This document shows, in pieces, positions 52,101-61,813 of a stretch of DNA of 64,000 nt (position 1 is the first letter of the stretch; every line of letters starts with the position of its first letter). The DNA comes from a virus (lineage: Duplodnaviria > Caudoviricetes), in the IMG/VR virus record IMGVR_UViG_2541047295_000015, positions 32,001 through 96,000 of that record; one strand, 5' to 3'. The notes under the pieces were generated by a model that saw only the letters and a list, made by a program, of their open reading frames with translations, searched no databases and was not told the DNA's origin. Both the position numbers and the translations under genes were made by a program.

Positions 52101-52232
52101 ATGTTCTGTTGTAAAATATGTAGTATGGCCAAGCTCTATTGCCCTATCTATATATTGTTGTGGCTTGGTAATTACATCTAAGGTTCTAATATTTGAGTAT
52201 ATTTTATGGCTATGATAATTATTATATCTCAA
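49161..52232 (-). CDS. dnaE: DNA polymerase III alpha subunit (phage DnaE)
   Basis: PHP HSH, TEHG, GRGSA, PDIDL, YSFNASH. Confidence 0.92.
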   Translation of the reverse strand: MRYNNYHSHKIYSNIRTLDVITKPQQYIDRAIELGHTTYFTTEHGYQGNVHEAKTLCDKSNLKMIVGAEFYYVNNINEKDRGNYHLIIIAKNNSGYKQINKALSLANTNGYYYKPRIDEKILFEIFKPEDVVITTACVAGVLKLENREELIIKLKSHFKGNFFLEVQSHPHKTQALHNKDVLELSNKYNIDIIHASDSHYIYPEESKYRTKFLKAKGINYPEEDGFILDYPNSDDIFKRYEKQNVLTRQEVEIALKNTLIFDGCEEITLINEDIKLPSISKNPNKELKEILNKEWLEKRKNISKNRWNEYLDAIRYEFDIIEETHMEDYFIIDYKIVQRAKQEYNGLLTKTGRGSAPSFIITNLLGLTEIDRLNAPVPLFPTRFMSVERILSAKSLPDIDLNAEDAEPFIQATRDLLGEENCAWMISYKPLQDASAFRLWCKANDMKLSEYDEVAKNLDKYINDDSWRDIIKESKVFVGVVESISFSPCSMLIYDKPIDEEVGLLKTKDGICCNIDGYYCDKYKYLKNDYLTVKVWSLIRKTCELANINIPTIEELNSLLNSKTYEIYKNKLTCTINQVDSDYATNLASKYKISSVAETSAFVASIRPGFTSLLDNFIKRKPYTTNVKELDILLEDSYHYLMYQESIMKYLIWLGIEESESYDIIKKVAKKKFKEKELKELHTKLKNNWIKKVGTENNFEDTWQVVNDAASYSFNASHSLSYAYDSLYCAYLKSHYPLEYYTVAFNLYNEDTERTRKLTDEIKYFGIKLENPKFRFSKSEYFFNRDKNSIYKGIESIKFLNSDIGEYLYSLKDNKYDSFLELLNDLQGHINSKQLSILIKLDFFEEFGKSNKLLETYDIYNSIYSKKQFKKDSLPCKMEIMRKYSNKETEKIFKEVDTKKLCSYLESQIENTDIPINEKIQAYFEFVGSCDIKDSNSNPRYCLVIDIDTKYSPKVTLYNINSGNTKIFKVNKAIFEDNKIGIYDLIYLKSTKEKAKSKKVNGKWIKSHTETEWWIQKYWKIEN

Positions 52233-52454
52233 TTAATCACCTCTACCTCAAAGTCTCTTTTAAGAAATTCTATCTCCACTTAAATATTTTAATGTTTTTT
52301 ATTCTTTTTCCATTCACTAAATCTTCTATTCATTTTGAAATTTTCAAATTCATAATCTAAAAATTTCTTTTTTTTGAATTGCTCCTTTAGAAATTTATTT
52401 GTGAATTCTTTTTTAGTCAAATCAATCACCTCCAAAGAGGGAAAGATATCCCTC

Positions 52455-52958
52455 TTACTTATATAATACTATCTGATTTTCTTTTAATGATTTTTGAACC
52501 TCTATAACTCTTTGATTTGATGAGCCTCTATATTTTAATGAAATGTCTCTTTTTGAAATGTCAAATTTACCATCTATTAAAACATCAATATAATCTAAAA
52601 ATATTTTTCTTGATAGATCTCTTAATATTTCTTCAAACAAGTAACCTGACCAAAGCCAGATATTTTTATTCGTCTCTATTTTAACTCTTTTTAAAAAATC
52701 AATTAAATCATTATCCTTTATTTGTTGCAATGGTTCTCCACCTAATATATTTAAACCTACTATATTATCATTTTTTAGATATAAAATAATCTTATCTTCC
52801 ACTTTATTAGACCATACATCTCCGTAATTAAAATCTTGTAAATCTTTATTAAAACATCCCTTACAATTATGGGTACATCCAGATACAAAGAGTGTTGTTC
52901 TTACTCCTGGTGCATTTGATACATCAAACTTTCTTATTTCAGCATATTTCATATTCAT
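52455..52958 (-). CDS. nrdG: Anaerobic ribonucleotide reductase activase
   Basis: GCTHNCKGC radical SAM motif, GGEPL, RGSSNQR. Confidence 0.95.
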   Translation of the reverse strand: MNMKYAEIRKFDVSNAPGVRTTLFVSGCTHNCKGCFNKDLQDFNYGDVWSNKVEDKIILYLKNDNIVGLNILGGEPLQQIKDNDLIDFLKRVKIETNKNIWLWSGYLFEEILRDLSRKIFLDYIDVLIDGKFDISKRDISLKYRGSSNQRVIEVQKSLKENQIVLYK

Positions 52959-52967
52959 AACCCTTTC

Positions 52968-55900
52968 TTATAAATGAAGTACTCTGTCTCCTATTTCTTG
53001 AGTACGACCTTTATTCCAAAAGTTAGTTCCTATATAACCACAAGTCCTTCTCATAACCTGCATTTCAGTCTCATCTCTATTTCCACATGATGGACAATAC
53101 CAAGTTAAATTTTCATCTAGTTTTATTTCTCCAGTGTATCCACACTTATAACATATGTCTGGCTTTGTATTTATCTCTGCATATTGAATATTATGATATA
53201 TGTAATTTATGATTTGTTCAACTGCTTCAAGATTTCTGCTCATATCAGGAACTTCCACATATGAAATACATCCCCCTGAACTTATACTATGAAACTGAGA
53301 TTCAAATTTTAATTTACTAAAAGCATCTATTTCTTCACAAACATGAACATGATAACTATTTGTATAATATAATTTATCTGTTACATTTTCTATTTCCCCA
53401 AACTTTTGTTTATCTATCCTACAAAACCTATATACTAAATTTTCTGCGGGAGACCCATATAAACCAAATCCTAATTTAGTTTCCTCTTTCCATTCCTCAC
53501 ATTTATTTTTCATGTATTTCATAACATCTAATGCAAATTTTTCTCCTTCTTCTTCTGTATGACTTATACCTAGCATAACTTGAACCATTTCATATATTCC
53601 TACATATCCAAGGCTTAAAGTTGAGTATCCATTTTCTAAAAGTCTATCTATCTTCTCTCCTTTTTCAAGTCTAGCTATAGCTCCATGTTGCCAATGTATA
53701 GGTGATACATCTGAGAGTGTTCCTTTTAGCATGTTATGTCTAGTTAAAAGAGCTTCTTTGCACAATTCTAATCTTTGATCTAATATCTTCCAAAATAAAT
53801 TCATATTCTTATCAGCTACTATTGCAATTTGAGGTAAATTTAAAGATATTACACCTTGATTGAATCTTCCATACCATTTATAATTTTCATTTTTATCTTT
53901 ATATGTGCTAAGATGACTTCTACACCCCATAGGTGGGAATGTATTTCCTTCATAATTAGTACGCATAATTTTAGCTGATTGATAATCCAAGTAATCCTAT
54001 ATTTCTATAGGCTCTGACTATATTATATTCTTATATTCTATTAACAAATATAAGAACCCTCGCACTTCCAGTCGGGATTTCCACCCATTTACCTGTACTC
54101 TACTTGCTTCTCCCCATAGATATTTCTTCTATGTTCTGCTTTCGATAGTCGATTGAGTTTTTATTGTATAAAATATCTTCCATGTATTTAAGTAAAGTCT
54201 ATTTTCTTGAACTGATTGATATAATGAAGTTGATTTTCCTTCAAAATATTCGTTAGCTAATTGTACTAAAGAGTCACACTCTATTATTGTTTTATCAAAT
54301 ATATTAACAGCCATAACTGGATATATGTCATCTTTGTTTTTAGCATTTATATTCATAGGAACAAATCTAACATTCCCTATCTCATACCCTTTAGAATTAT
54401 CTATCCTATCTATGCTAAGATTATTTTCTCCATATATTTTATATGATTGTTTATACTCTTCAAAGCAAAACCTAGCATATTCTGTATAGTCTTTAAATTT
54501 AAATTTACCATTATATCTTTCATAATCTTTTGAGTTTGGATTGCAGCATCTTTCTTTTGCATATCTATAAAAACTTCTAAACTGTCTAAGATTTTTATCC
54601 CCTATTTCTTCTCTTATAATATCATTATAATATTTAGAACAAGCCTCAGTATGTAATGTTTTACCTTCATTTAGCTGTCTTCTTATAGAATTCAATATAT
54701 TAGTTTTTATAGCCCCACATTCACAACATTTATAAGTACATTCATATTCATCTATACTTATTATTTCAATTCCATACTCTTGATATTTTTCTTTTAAATC
54801 TTTATACATGGTCTTATTTTTTCTCACTTTAATATCCTCCAAACTATATTTTAGAAGATATATTACACAATAACTTACCACAGGATTAGCATATCTAATT
54901 TTAGACTTAGCTTTCCCTGTTAGCACAATCATTCGTCATCATTTACTATGACTACTATACGTTGATTGCACACCCTATGTTTATAGGTTCACGAGGTTAT
55001 TCGAAATACATTTCTGTATTAAGTCCCAATTATCTCTTAGGAACTAACCTTTTGGTTGTGCATTCAGCAGCTAATTTTGTGATGTAGTCATATTTGCCAC
55101 CTTCTAAACAATTATCCTCATCAAGAAGATAAACTAGTTTAGGGAAAGCCTCCCCTATTTCTTGTCCTTTGTAATTTTTCATTCCTTCTAATCTTTGTTT
55201 TATCATTTCCTCACAAATAAGAGCCATCTCTTCTTCGTATTCATTTCCACTTTCTACTTCAAGATAAATTGTTGCAAATGGTGCTTGCACACCCAAATTA
55301 TATTTCTATAACCACAGACTATCTCTTTACCATATTAGTTAAACTAACTTAGGTAGATGGCACTTCCCATATAAGAATTTCACTTATATAGTACATTCTT
55401 CATAATCCCAAAAGGATTGTATGAATTAGTCGTTACACCTTCAAAGAAATTTCTTTCTAAGCTTGGCTCGGTATTGACATAGTTAAAATAGTTTTATAAA
55501 TACTTCCATCTAAATCCTGCAAATTTCTTTCGTTGGCCTTTACAAACTTTATTTAAATTTCCACTTTTCTTTCCTTTATAAAAAATCTCTGCTTCTGCAA
55601 CACTATTAAAAATTTCTCCAGTATCAATATTTTTTACAGGTATGTTTTTAATTCTACTTACTGAATTTGGCTCTATAATCTCTCCTTTAGCATCTAGATA
55701 TCTATAAATATTATTGTTCGTTGAGCCTCTTGAACCCCTACATACTGCACAAATGTGAGATAAATTAATGTTCTCTTTTAATGCACAAAGACTAGCACTT
55801 TCATATATATTTCCAGTTGTAATATTTTTAACTCTTTTAGAGGTTTTATTAAGAACTCCTTTTTTCCCATACATATGATTTAATTTGCCCATTTGAGAAT

Positions 55901-57193
55901 TTGATATTTTCATCTTAACATCTTCAGTCAAAAACGAATTTTTCCCTCCGCCTTTTAAATTATATCCATTTTGAGTAGTAAGACTTTTATATTTTTTTAT
56001 ATAATAACTTTCTCTTTCATTTAAATCTTCAATATTAGAGGCTACATATAAAATTTCCCACTTGAAATTTTCTTTTCCATACTTATTTATAGCATTAGAA
56101 AAAGCATACCTATATCTATACTTATAACTATTTTCATGTTGTCTTTTTCTTGTTTTTAAATCTAATATAGTTTGACCTATATATATTTTATTGTTTATCA
56201 AATTAGTAACTTTATATATTATCATAAAACACCTATCTTAACCTTAGTTTTCACCGATAGCAGCTTATTTAAGCCACACCCTGTATTTACAGGTTCACCA
56301 CCTCATAATCTATAATGTTTCCACTATAGACGGCCAAGTCGACCATTCGTTGTCATCAAAGTTGAAAGCTGATATCTAATCGTTTGAACTCCTGCTTTTA
56401 AATCATCTAATTTTCTATCATCAGCCAATTCTTTAGCTAAATTTTCGTCTTTATATTTATCTAAATATTTCTTATAGTATTTATCATATGTTTTTCTTAG
56501 ATAGGGTGCTAAATGCTTTACTGTGATACTCTGCCCACCATATTGATTACTAGCAACTTGAGCCATTATTTGAGTAGTTACAGTACAAGCAGTACTAAAT
56601 GACTTTGGAGATTCTACTAATTTTTCATTTATTACTGTTCCATTATCTAACATATCTTGAATATTTATTAAGCAACAATTAAATATTGATTGTAATGTAT
56701 AATCCATGTCATGCCAGTGTATAACTCCTTCATCATGAGCTTGAACTATATGAGGTGGTATCAATTTTCTTCTAGTTATATCTTTAGAAACCTCTCCAGC
56801 AATTAAATCTCTTTGAGTTGATGCGATTATTGAATTTTTATTTGAATTTTCTCTTAAAATATCCTCATTCGTCTTGCTTATTAAACCTAATATGCTTTCA
56901 TCTGTTGTATTAATCTGTTTTTTGAACGATTGAACAGCTCTATAACCTTCATATGCTTTAGCTGTATCTTTTTGACCATAATGTATAAGTCTATCATATA
57001 CAAAATCTTCTATTTGATGAATCGTAGGAATATTTTTCTTATTATTAAATTCAAATTCAGCATCATTTGCTATTAATTTTGAGATATCCTCTATGTAAAT
57101 TCCACTTCCATTTTTCATTGCCTTTTCTATCGCAATCTGTATCTTTGTATTATCAAAAGGTACCTTGCTCCCATCCCTTTTAATTATTTCCAT
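52968..57193 (-). CDS. nrdD: Class III anaerobic ribonucleotide reductase, 3 exons (57193-56342, 55287-55039, 53987-52968; about 706 aa spliced)
   Basis: ATP cone, SNQYGGQ, PMGCRS, YYTNSYH, RRTCGY; splicing restores NG|QAPF and LVP|DYQSAK. Confidence 0.93.
53988..55038 (-). mobile_element. Group I intron 2 in nrdD
   Basis: Exon ends GUUCCU pairing with UUGGGAC; terminal G before GAU UAU; P7 elements CAAUCGACUAUC and AUAUAGUCAG. Confidence 0.85.
54129..54827 (-). CDS. HNH-type homing endonuclease in intron 2
   Basis: GGAGGA RBS before GTG at 54827; RCCNPNSKDY..Y and SIDRIDNSKGYEIGNVRF motifs. Confidence 0.8.
   Translation of the reverse strand: MRKNKTMYKDLKEKYQEYGIEIISIDEYECTYKCCECGAIKTNILNSIRRQLNEGKTLHTEACSKYYNDIIREEIGDKNLRQFRSFYRYAKERCCNPNSKDYERYNGKFKFKDYTEYARFCFEEYKQSYKIYGENNLSIDRIDNSKGYEIGNVRFVPMNINAKNKDDIYPVMAVNIFDKTIIECDSLVQLANEYFEGKSTSLYQSVQENRLYLNTWKIFYTIKTQSTIESRT
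55288..56341 (-). mobile_element. Group I intron 1 in nrdD
   Basis: 5' exon ends in U with P1 AUGGUC/GGCCGU (U-G pair); terminal G; P7 elements GUAACGACUAA and AAAGAGAUAGUC. Confidence 0.88.
55494..56225 (-). CDS. GIY-YIG homing endonuclease (NUMOD-type DNA-binding repeats)
   Basis: IIYKVTNLINNKIYIGQT...R...E...GYNL. Confidence 0.9.
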   Translation of the reverse strand: MIIYKVTNLINNKIYIGQTILDLKTRKRQHENSYKYRYRYAFSNAINKYGKENFKWEILYVASNIEDLNERESYYIKKYKSLTTQNGYNLKGGGKNSFLTEDVKMKISNSQMGKLNHMYGKKGVLNKTSKRVKNITTGNIYESASLCALKENINLSHICAVCRGSRGSTNNNIYRYLDAKGEIIEPNSVSRIKNIPVKNIDTGEIFNSVAEAEIFYKGKKSGNLNKVCKGQRKKFAGFRWKYL

Positions 57194-57482
57194 TAAATCA
57201 CTCTCTTTCTAATATTTATTTTCAACCTTTAAATAATACCCTTTTTACATACATGTTATCAATAATATTCTGTTTCCATAAGTGGTAAATATTTGACTAT
57301 ATAAAAATTATATTATACTGGTAAGATTCTTTGAGTTGAAATTTGATATGTACTTGATTCTTTTCCTGTTGTAAACAATATAATTGCTAAAATAATACAT
57401 AATGCTAAATAAATCACTTTTTTTATTATTTAATCCTCCTTACTTAAAAATTAATTTATAATATATCAATATACTGAACCAT

Positions 57483-58001
57483 CTAAAAATTTATATCACT
57501 TTCCTTCAATATGTATTTATTAATTATTTTTATTATTGTAATCAGACCTTTATTAGTTATATCAATCTTAGTTGATATTGAGTTTTTATATGAAAAAATA
57601 TGAAGTAAATGTTTATTTTCACTTTTATATATTGATATTTCTGTGTCATCTACATATTTTGTAAATTTATTTTTATTATAATTAAATCTACATATCCTTA
57701 AATAATCATCTATTTCTTTACTGATCATAAGTTCAGATTGTTTTATACACATATCTTTAAACTCATTTTTTACTCTGTCATTTTCTTTTTTTACAATTTC
57801 TTTATATCTATTTAAATCAATTTTTTGAAAAGCTATGTCTTTTATATAGTCTTCACATTTATCTATAAACCTCTTAAATATAGCTATTTTCATTGTTCCA
57901 TTCACAAATGCAACTACTTCATTTCCTTCTTCTAGTTTTTTAATTTCTGTTCTAAAAATCATTTCCTCTTCATCTACACTAGCTACTATTATCATACTCA
58001 T
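57483..58001 (-). CDS. Hypothetical protein
   Basis: RBS gggaga; 172 aa. Confidence 0.6.
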   Translation of the reverse strand: MSMIIVASVDEEEMIFRTEIKKLEEGNEVVAFVNGTMKIAIFKRFIDKCEDYIKDIAFQKIDLNRYKEIVKKENDRVKNEFKDMCIKQSELMISKEIDDYLRICRFNYNKNKFTKYVDDTEISIYKSENKHLLHIFSYKNSISTKIDITNKGLITIIKIINKYILKESDINF

Positions 58002-58054
58002 ATATACACTCTCCCTTCCATTGCAAAATCTACTTTATTTTTTAATTAACATTT

Positions 58055-58501
58055 TTAATGTTCCTTTATTAAACCTGGCATAATTTTATTTACAGTTTTA
58101 CAAGAAATCCCTAATTTAATTGTTTTTGTAGCTATACCAATTATAAATTCTTCAAGTTCTTTATTTTTTTCTAAAAATAATTGTATTGTTTTTATATCAA
58201 CATCTCTTCCAGAATTATTTTCAGATAGATAATCAATCATATCATATATGCTATATATTTTTTTACACTCAATATTCCCTATTTTTTTAGATAGTTTCTT
58301 TTTAGATAACCCAGTTAAAATACCTGCATCTAAAAGAAATTGTAAACAGGTTACAAACATACCATTATTTTTATTTTTTTCTAATATATTTATTTTTTCT
58401 TTTCTGCTTGATGTACTTTTTAGTTTTTTGAAGATGTTTTTTACAAATAATGCTTCTTGCATTTTTTCCTCCTTAAATCTACTGGGTATATTATTCGTCA
58501 T
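58055..58501 (-). pseudogene. N-terminal DNA-binding domain of a T4-type ATP-dependent DNA ligase, truncated
   Basis: LKSTSSRKEKINILEKNKNN...KLGISCKTVNKIMPGLI resembles ligase DBD; stops before the adenylation domain. Confidence 0.6.
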
Positions 58502-58539
58502 ATCATTTATTTTATTTACTTTTTTATTACTTGAAATTT

Positions 58540-58656
58540 TTATTTATACATTTCTCCACATTTTTTACATTGATAAATAAATCCTATTTTCGTACTTAAT
58601 TTAAATATATCTCCACCACATTCACATTTTTTTATTCTTATCATTTTCTTCTTCAT
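58540..58656 (-). CDS. 38-aa Zn-ribbon peptide
   Basis: RBS gaggag; CECGG...CKKCG. Confidence 0.55.
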   Translation of the reverse strand: MKKKMIRIKKCECGGDIFKLSTKIGFIYQCKKCGEMYK

Positions 58657-58680
58657 ATTTATACTCCTCAAAAGAAATTG

Positions 58681-58917
58681 TTAGCTAAATGTTGTATCTA
58701 ATAATCTTGATACTTTTTTTATTTTCCAATCTACAGGCAATATTCCATTATCAATTAATTCTGATAGTAAACAATTATATTCATCAATTTTTATCATATG
58801 TCCAATTGGACAGTTTTTGCAGTGCTTAGACTTGATACAAACATATTTTATAGTATTTAAAGCAACTATAGTATTTTTTATATCATCTTGTGTTAATTCT
58901 ATTTCTTTATTATCCAT
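58681..58917 (-). CDS. Hypothetical Cys-rich protein
   Basis: C...CKNCP...C motif; RBS aagga. Confidence 0.6.
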   Translation of the reverse strand: MDNKEIELTQDDIKNTIVALNTIKYVCIKSKHCKNCPIGHMIKIDEYNCLLSELIDNGILPVDWKIKKVSRLLDTTFS

Positions 58918-58954
58918 TTTTCATCATTCCTTTAAATTTACTAAATTTTAATAT

Positions 58955-59179
58955 TTACAAGGCTTCTACTGCTTCTTGAAATTTTAAATCTAATACATAT
59001 TTTAATAACTCTTTATCATATTTATAATTTAAATACTCATCTATAGAGGCTGTATAAGCATTTTCTTTTTTATATTTTTTTATATACCATTTTTGAAATT
59101 TAATATAATCTTGCTCTGTGAGATATTCACTTGATAAGTTCAAAAGACTTCCTTTTTTATTTAATATTTCTCTGATCAT
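58955..59179 (-). CDS. Hypothetical protein
   Basis: RBS aggaga. Confidence 0.55.
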   Translation of the reverse strand: MIREILNKKGSLLNLSSEYLTEQDYIKFQKWYIKKYKKENAYTASIDEYLNYKYDKELLKYVLDLKFQEAVEAL

Positions 59180-59215
59180 ATGATTCTCCTATTTTTGATA
59201 TATTCATTTCATTTA

Positions 59216-59389
59216 CTAATGAATCTTTTTATTCTGGCACTTAATCTTATTATACTTATGACATTCTATATTTTTTCTATTTGATATAATTTCCAAAGAT
59301 AATTTATAAACCAAATTTTGATTTATATTTTTCAATTTTTTAAATAAAGACAACATTTTTATTAATTCTTTATGTTTTTCATCAACCAT
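59216..59389 (-). CDS. First early gene, 57 aa, divergent from the repressor
   Basis: RBS gaggcg; MVDEKHKELIKMLSLFKKL... Confidence 0.5.
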   Translation of the reverse strand: MVDEKHKELIKMLSLFKKLKNINQNLVYKLSLEIISNRKNIECHKYNKIKCQNKKIH

Positions 59390-59399
59390 AACTCGCCTC

Positions 59400-59545
59400 T
59401 TTCTTGACTTTGTATATTTTTATATTTACTTTGTTATAATTACATTGTATATCTTATACTGTACAATGTCAATATGTTTTATACTTTGTTTACCTAATAC
59501 ACTGAATATATTGACTTTGTCAATACCGAATTGTATAATTTAATT
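59400..59545. promoter_or_regulatory. Divergent promoter/operator region
   Basis: Repeated actttgt boxes (59407, 59428, 59482, 59514), palindrome TTGAC-TTT-GTCAA (59511-59523), TTGACT..TG-TATAAT toward the repressor. Confidence 0.6.
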
Positions 59546-59560
59546 AATGGAGGTGATATA

Positions 59561-59923
59561 TTGAACACAATGATATATAATCTAAAAAAATTAAGAAAAG
59601 AATTAGGATTATCACAAAAAGAATTTGGTGATAAATTAAAATTAACATCTGCGTCAATATCAAAACTTGAAAATGGAGAGAGAAATATCACTGAAAGACA
59701 TATTTACCAAATATGTGAGGTTTTTAATGTAAATGAAGATTGGTTACGAAATGGAAATGGAAAAATATTTAAAAATATAGATGATATTGAATTAGCAGCA
59801 ATGATGGGTAAGACATTTTCAAGTAATGATGAATTCTTGAAAAAAGTCTTTTTAACATTTGCAGAACTTACAGATGATGAAAGAGAAGTTGTACAAAAAA
59901 TAATAAATAAACTAAGTAAATAG
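59561..59923 (+). CDS. XRE-family repressor
   Basis: LKKLRKELGLSQKEFGDKL...ISKLENG...WLRNG; RBS ggaggtga before TTG at 59561. Confidence 0.85.
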   Translation: MNTMIYNLKKLRKELGLSQKEFGDKLKLTSASISKLENGERNITERHIYQICEVFNVNEDWLRNGNGKIFKNIDDIELAAMMGKTFSSNDEFLKKVFLTFAELTDDEREVVQKIINKLSK

Positions 59924-59941
59924 CCCTAGAAGGGCTATTTT
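59918..59941. terminator. Bidirectional terminator
   Basis: aaatagccct-aga-agggctattt. Confidence 0.75.
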
Positions 59942-60033
59942 ATTTTAGATATAAAACTTTTAATTATGAGTAAAGAAGATAAATCCATTTTTTTGAGCAT
60001 CTTAAGTATTTCTTCTGTAACTTGCTTTTTCAT
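59935..60033 (-). CDS. 32-aa peptide MKKQVTEEILKMLKKMDLSSLLIIKSFISKIK
   Basis: RBS GGGGGGA; converges on the repressor at a shared terminator. Confidence 0.55.
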   Translation of the reverse strand: MKKQVTEEILKMLKKMDLSSLLIIKSFISKIK

Positions 60034-60116
60034 TAAATCCCCCCATATAATAAATAAAATAATTATAAAGTTAATACTTTTTACCCAATCATCTCCTCAC
60101 TCTATTCCCATTTCAG

Positions 60117-60128
60117 GAACATTTGTTC
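60117..60128. promoter_or_regulatory. LexA (Cheo) box GAAC-ATTT-GTTC
   Basis: Matches Firmicutes GAAC-N4-GTTC; a second 1-mismatch box at 60379-60390. Confidence 0.6.
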
Positions 60129-60410
60129 TTAAAGAAACTAAAATCCCTCAGCATTTAGTAAAATTGAAGTTATCTGCATCTGAAATGAATATTTCATATA
60201 TGTATTTTTTTAATAAATACCTACTCTATTAAAGTAGATTGCTTGATTAAATAATAAGATTTTTTTTAGAAAAGTTCAATACTAAAATCGCAAATGATAA
60301 CAAAAAATACAAAAATATTAATTTTTTTCCTATTTTCCTACATAATAATATTATAACTCTTTCTCTATAAATCATCAAGAACATACATTCGATTCTTTTA
60401 AACAAATTAT

Positions 60411-61133
60411 TTACCAAATTCTATCTCTCAATATATTTGATAAATAAAATTTTAATTCTTTTGCTTTTCTAGGAGCTACCTTAATTTTTATATTATTTTC
60501 TGTTAAATATACAAAATTATAGTTCAAATTATTAACTTGTAACAAATTTATAAGATAGCTTTTGTGACATCTAAAAAAAATCCCTTCTTTTAGCTTTTCT
60601 TCAAATATATCAAGTTTTTCATTTATTATATATTCATCTGTTTTTGTTATAACCTTTAATTTTCTTTTAACAATCTCTGCAAATAAAATATCTCTTTCTT
60701 CTATTATTATGATTTTTTTCTTTTTTTTTATATAAATAACAGCCTCTCTTTTTCTCCAATCAATAGCAAAATCAATCATTATTTTTTCAAAATTTTTGTA
60801 GTATATTGGTTTTATTAGGTATCTAAATGCATTTATTTCATATTCTTTAACAACATCTTCATTAGATTCAGTAGTAAATATAATCTTAACATTTTTATTT
60901 CTTTTTCTAATTTCTTTTGATATTTCAAATTCATTTTTATCTTCTAAGTTTAGATCCATTAAAACTAAATCTACTTTTTTAGAATCTTTTTCTAAAAGTT
61001 CTTCTACATTTTTAAATAATAAAACTTCATATTGTTTTATTTTTATTTTCTTTAAAAAAATCTTAATAAAGTCATGAATGATATCTCTTTGCATATCATC
61101 ATTTTCACAAATAATTATTACCATAATAATCAC
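60411..61133 (-). CDS. LytTR-family response regulator (AgrA-like)
   Basis: ICEND, DLVLMD, IIFTT, YLIKP, FFRCHKSYLIN. Confidence 0.88.
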   Translation of the reverse strand: MIIMVIIICENDDMQRDIIHDFIKIFLKKIKIKQYEVLLFKNVEELLEKDSKKVDLVLMDLNLEDKNEFEISKEIRKRNKNVKIIFTTESNEDVVKEYEINAFRYLIKPIYYKNFEKIMIDFAIDWRKREAVIYIKKKKKIIIIEERDILFAEIVKRKLKVITKTDEYIINEKLDIFEEKLKEGIFFRCHKSYLINLLQVNNLNYNFVYLTENNIKIKVAPRKAKELKFYLSNILRDRIW

Positions 61134-61813
61134 TCCTCAAAATATATATTTAATAAATATTATATATTTTTGATATCTGAATTTTGGTAATTATTGTAAT
61201 TTGTTGTATTATAAATACTTTTTTTATCATTTTATGTCTGTAGAGCTAATTTTTATATTAATATAATTTTGTTAATTCTTTACTTATAAATTGTCATTCA
61301 AATATAACTTTTAAGTTATTGTTATATCCTTAAAAAATAAATTGATAAATGAGCAAGAAAATTTAGAAGAGTAAAGTTGTTATTATATTTTTATAATTAG
61401 TTAAATAAATGTTAAATAGATACTGTTCATTGATTAAAACAGAAATTAATAATAACAATTAAAACAGAAATTTAAATCAATAATTAGAAAATAATAATAA
61501 GCTACTAATTATAGTAATTGCAATTAGTACAATAAAATATAAATTTTAATAATAATATGTTGTTGATGTATTGTTGTTTTTTTAGAATAAGTTTCTTAAG
61601 AAATTGAATAATTATATATTCTTATTGGAAAATTAAGTTATTAATATGTATAAAAAACTTTCTATTGTGTATATAATTTAATTAAAATAAGCATAAAAAA
61701 ATAGAGCTAATATAGATTTTACACTCTTTATAGCTCTATTTAAGTATTTTATTATTTGAATACAAACACTAATAGGAGTAGTCAAAATCAATTTTTTTGA
61801 ACTACTCCATATA

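Noticed and set aside
57195-57445. Small membrane-protein gene upstream of nrdD
   Set aside because: Strong RBS but ATA in place of a start codon and an early stop; at most a decayed remnant.
59966-60232. Plus-strand 88-aa ORF
   Set aside because: No RBS, lies after a terminator, and overlaps a better-supported minus-strand ORF and LexA box.
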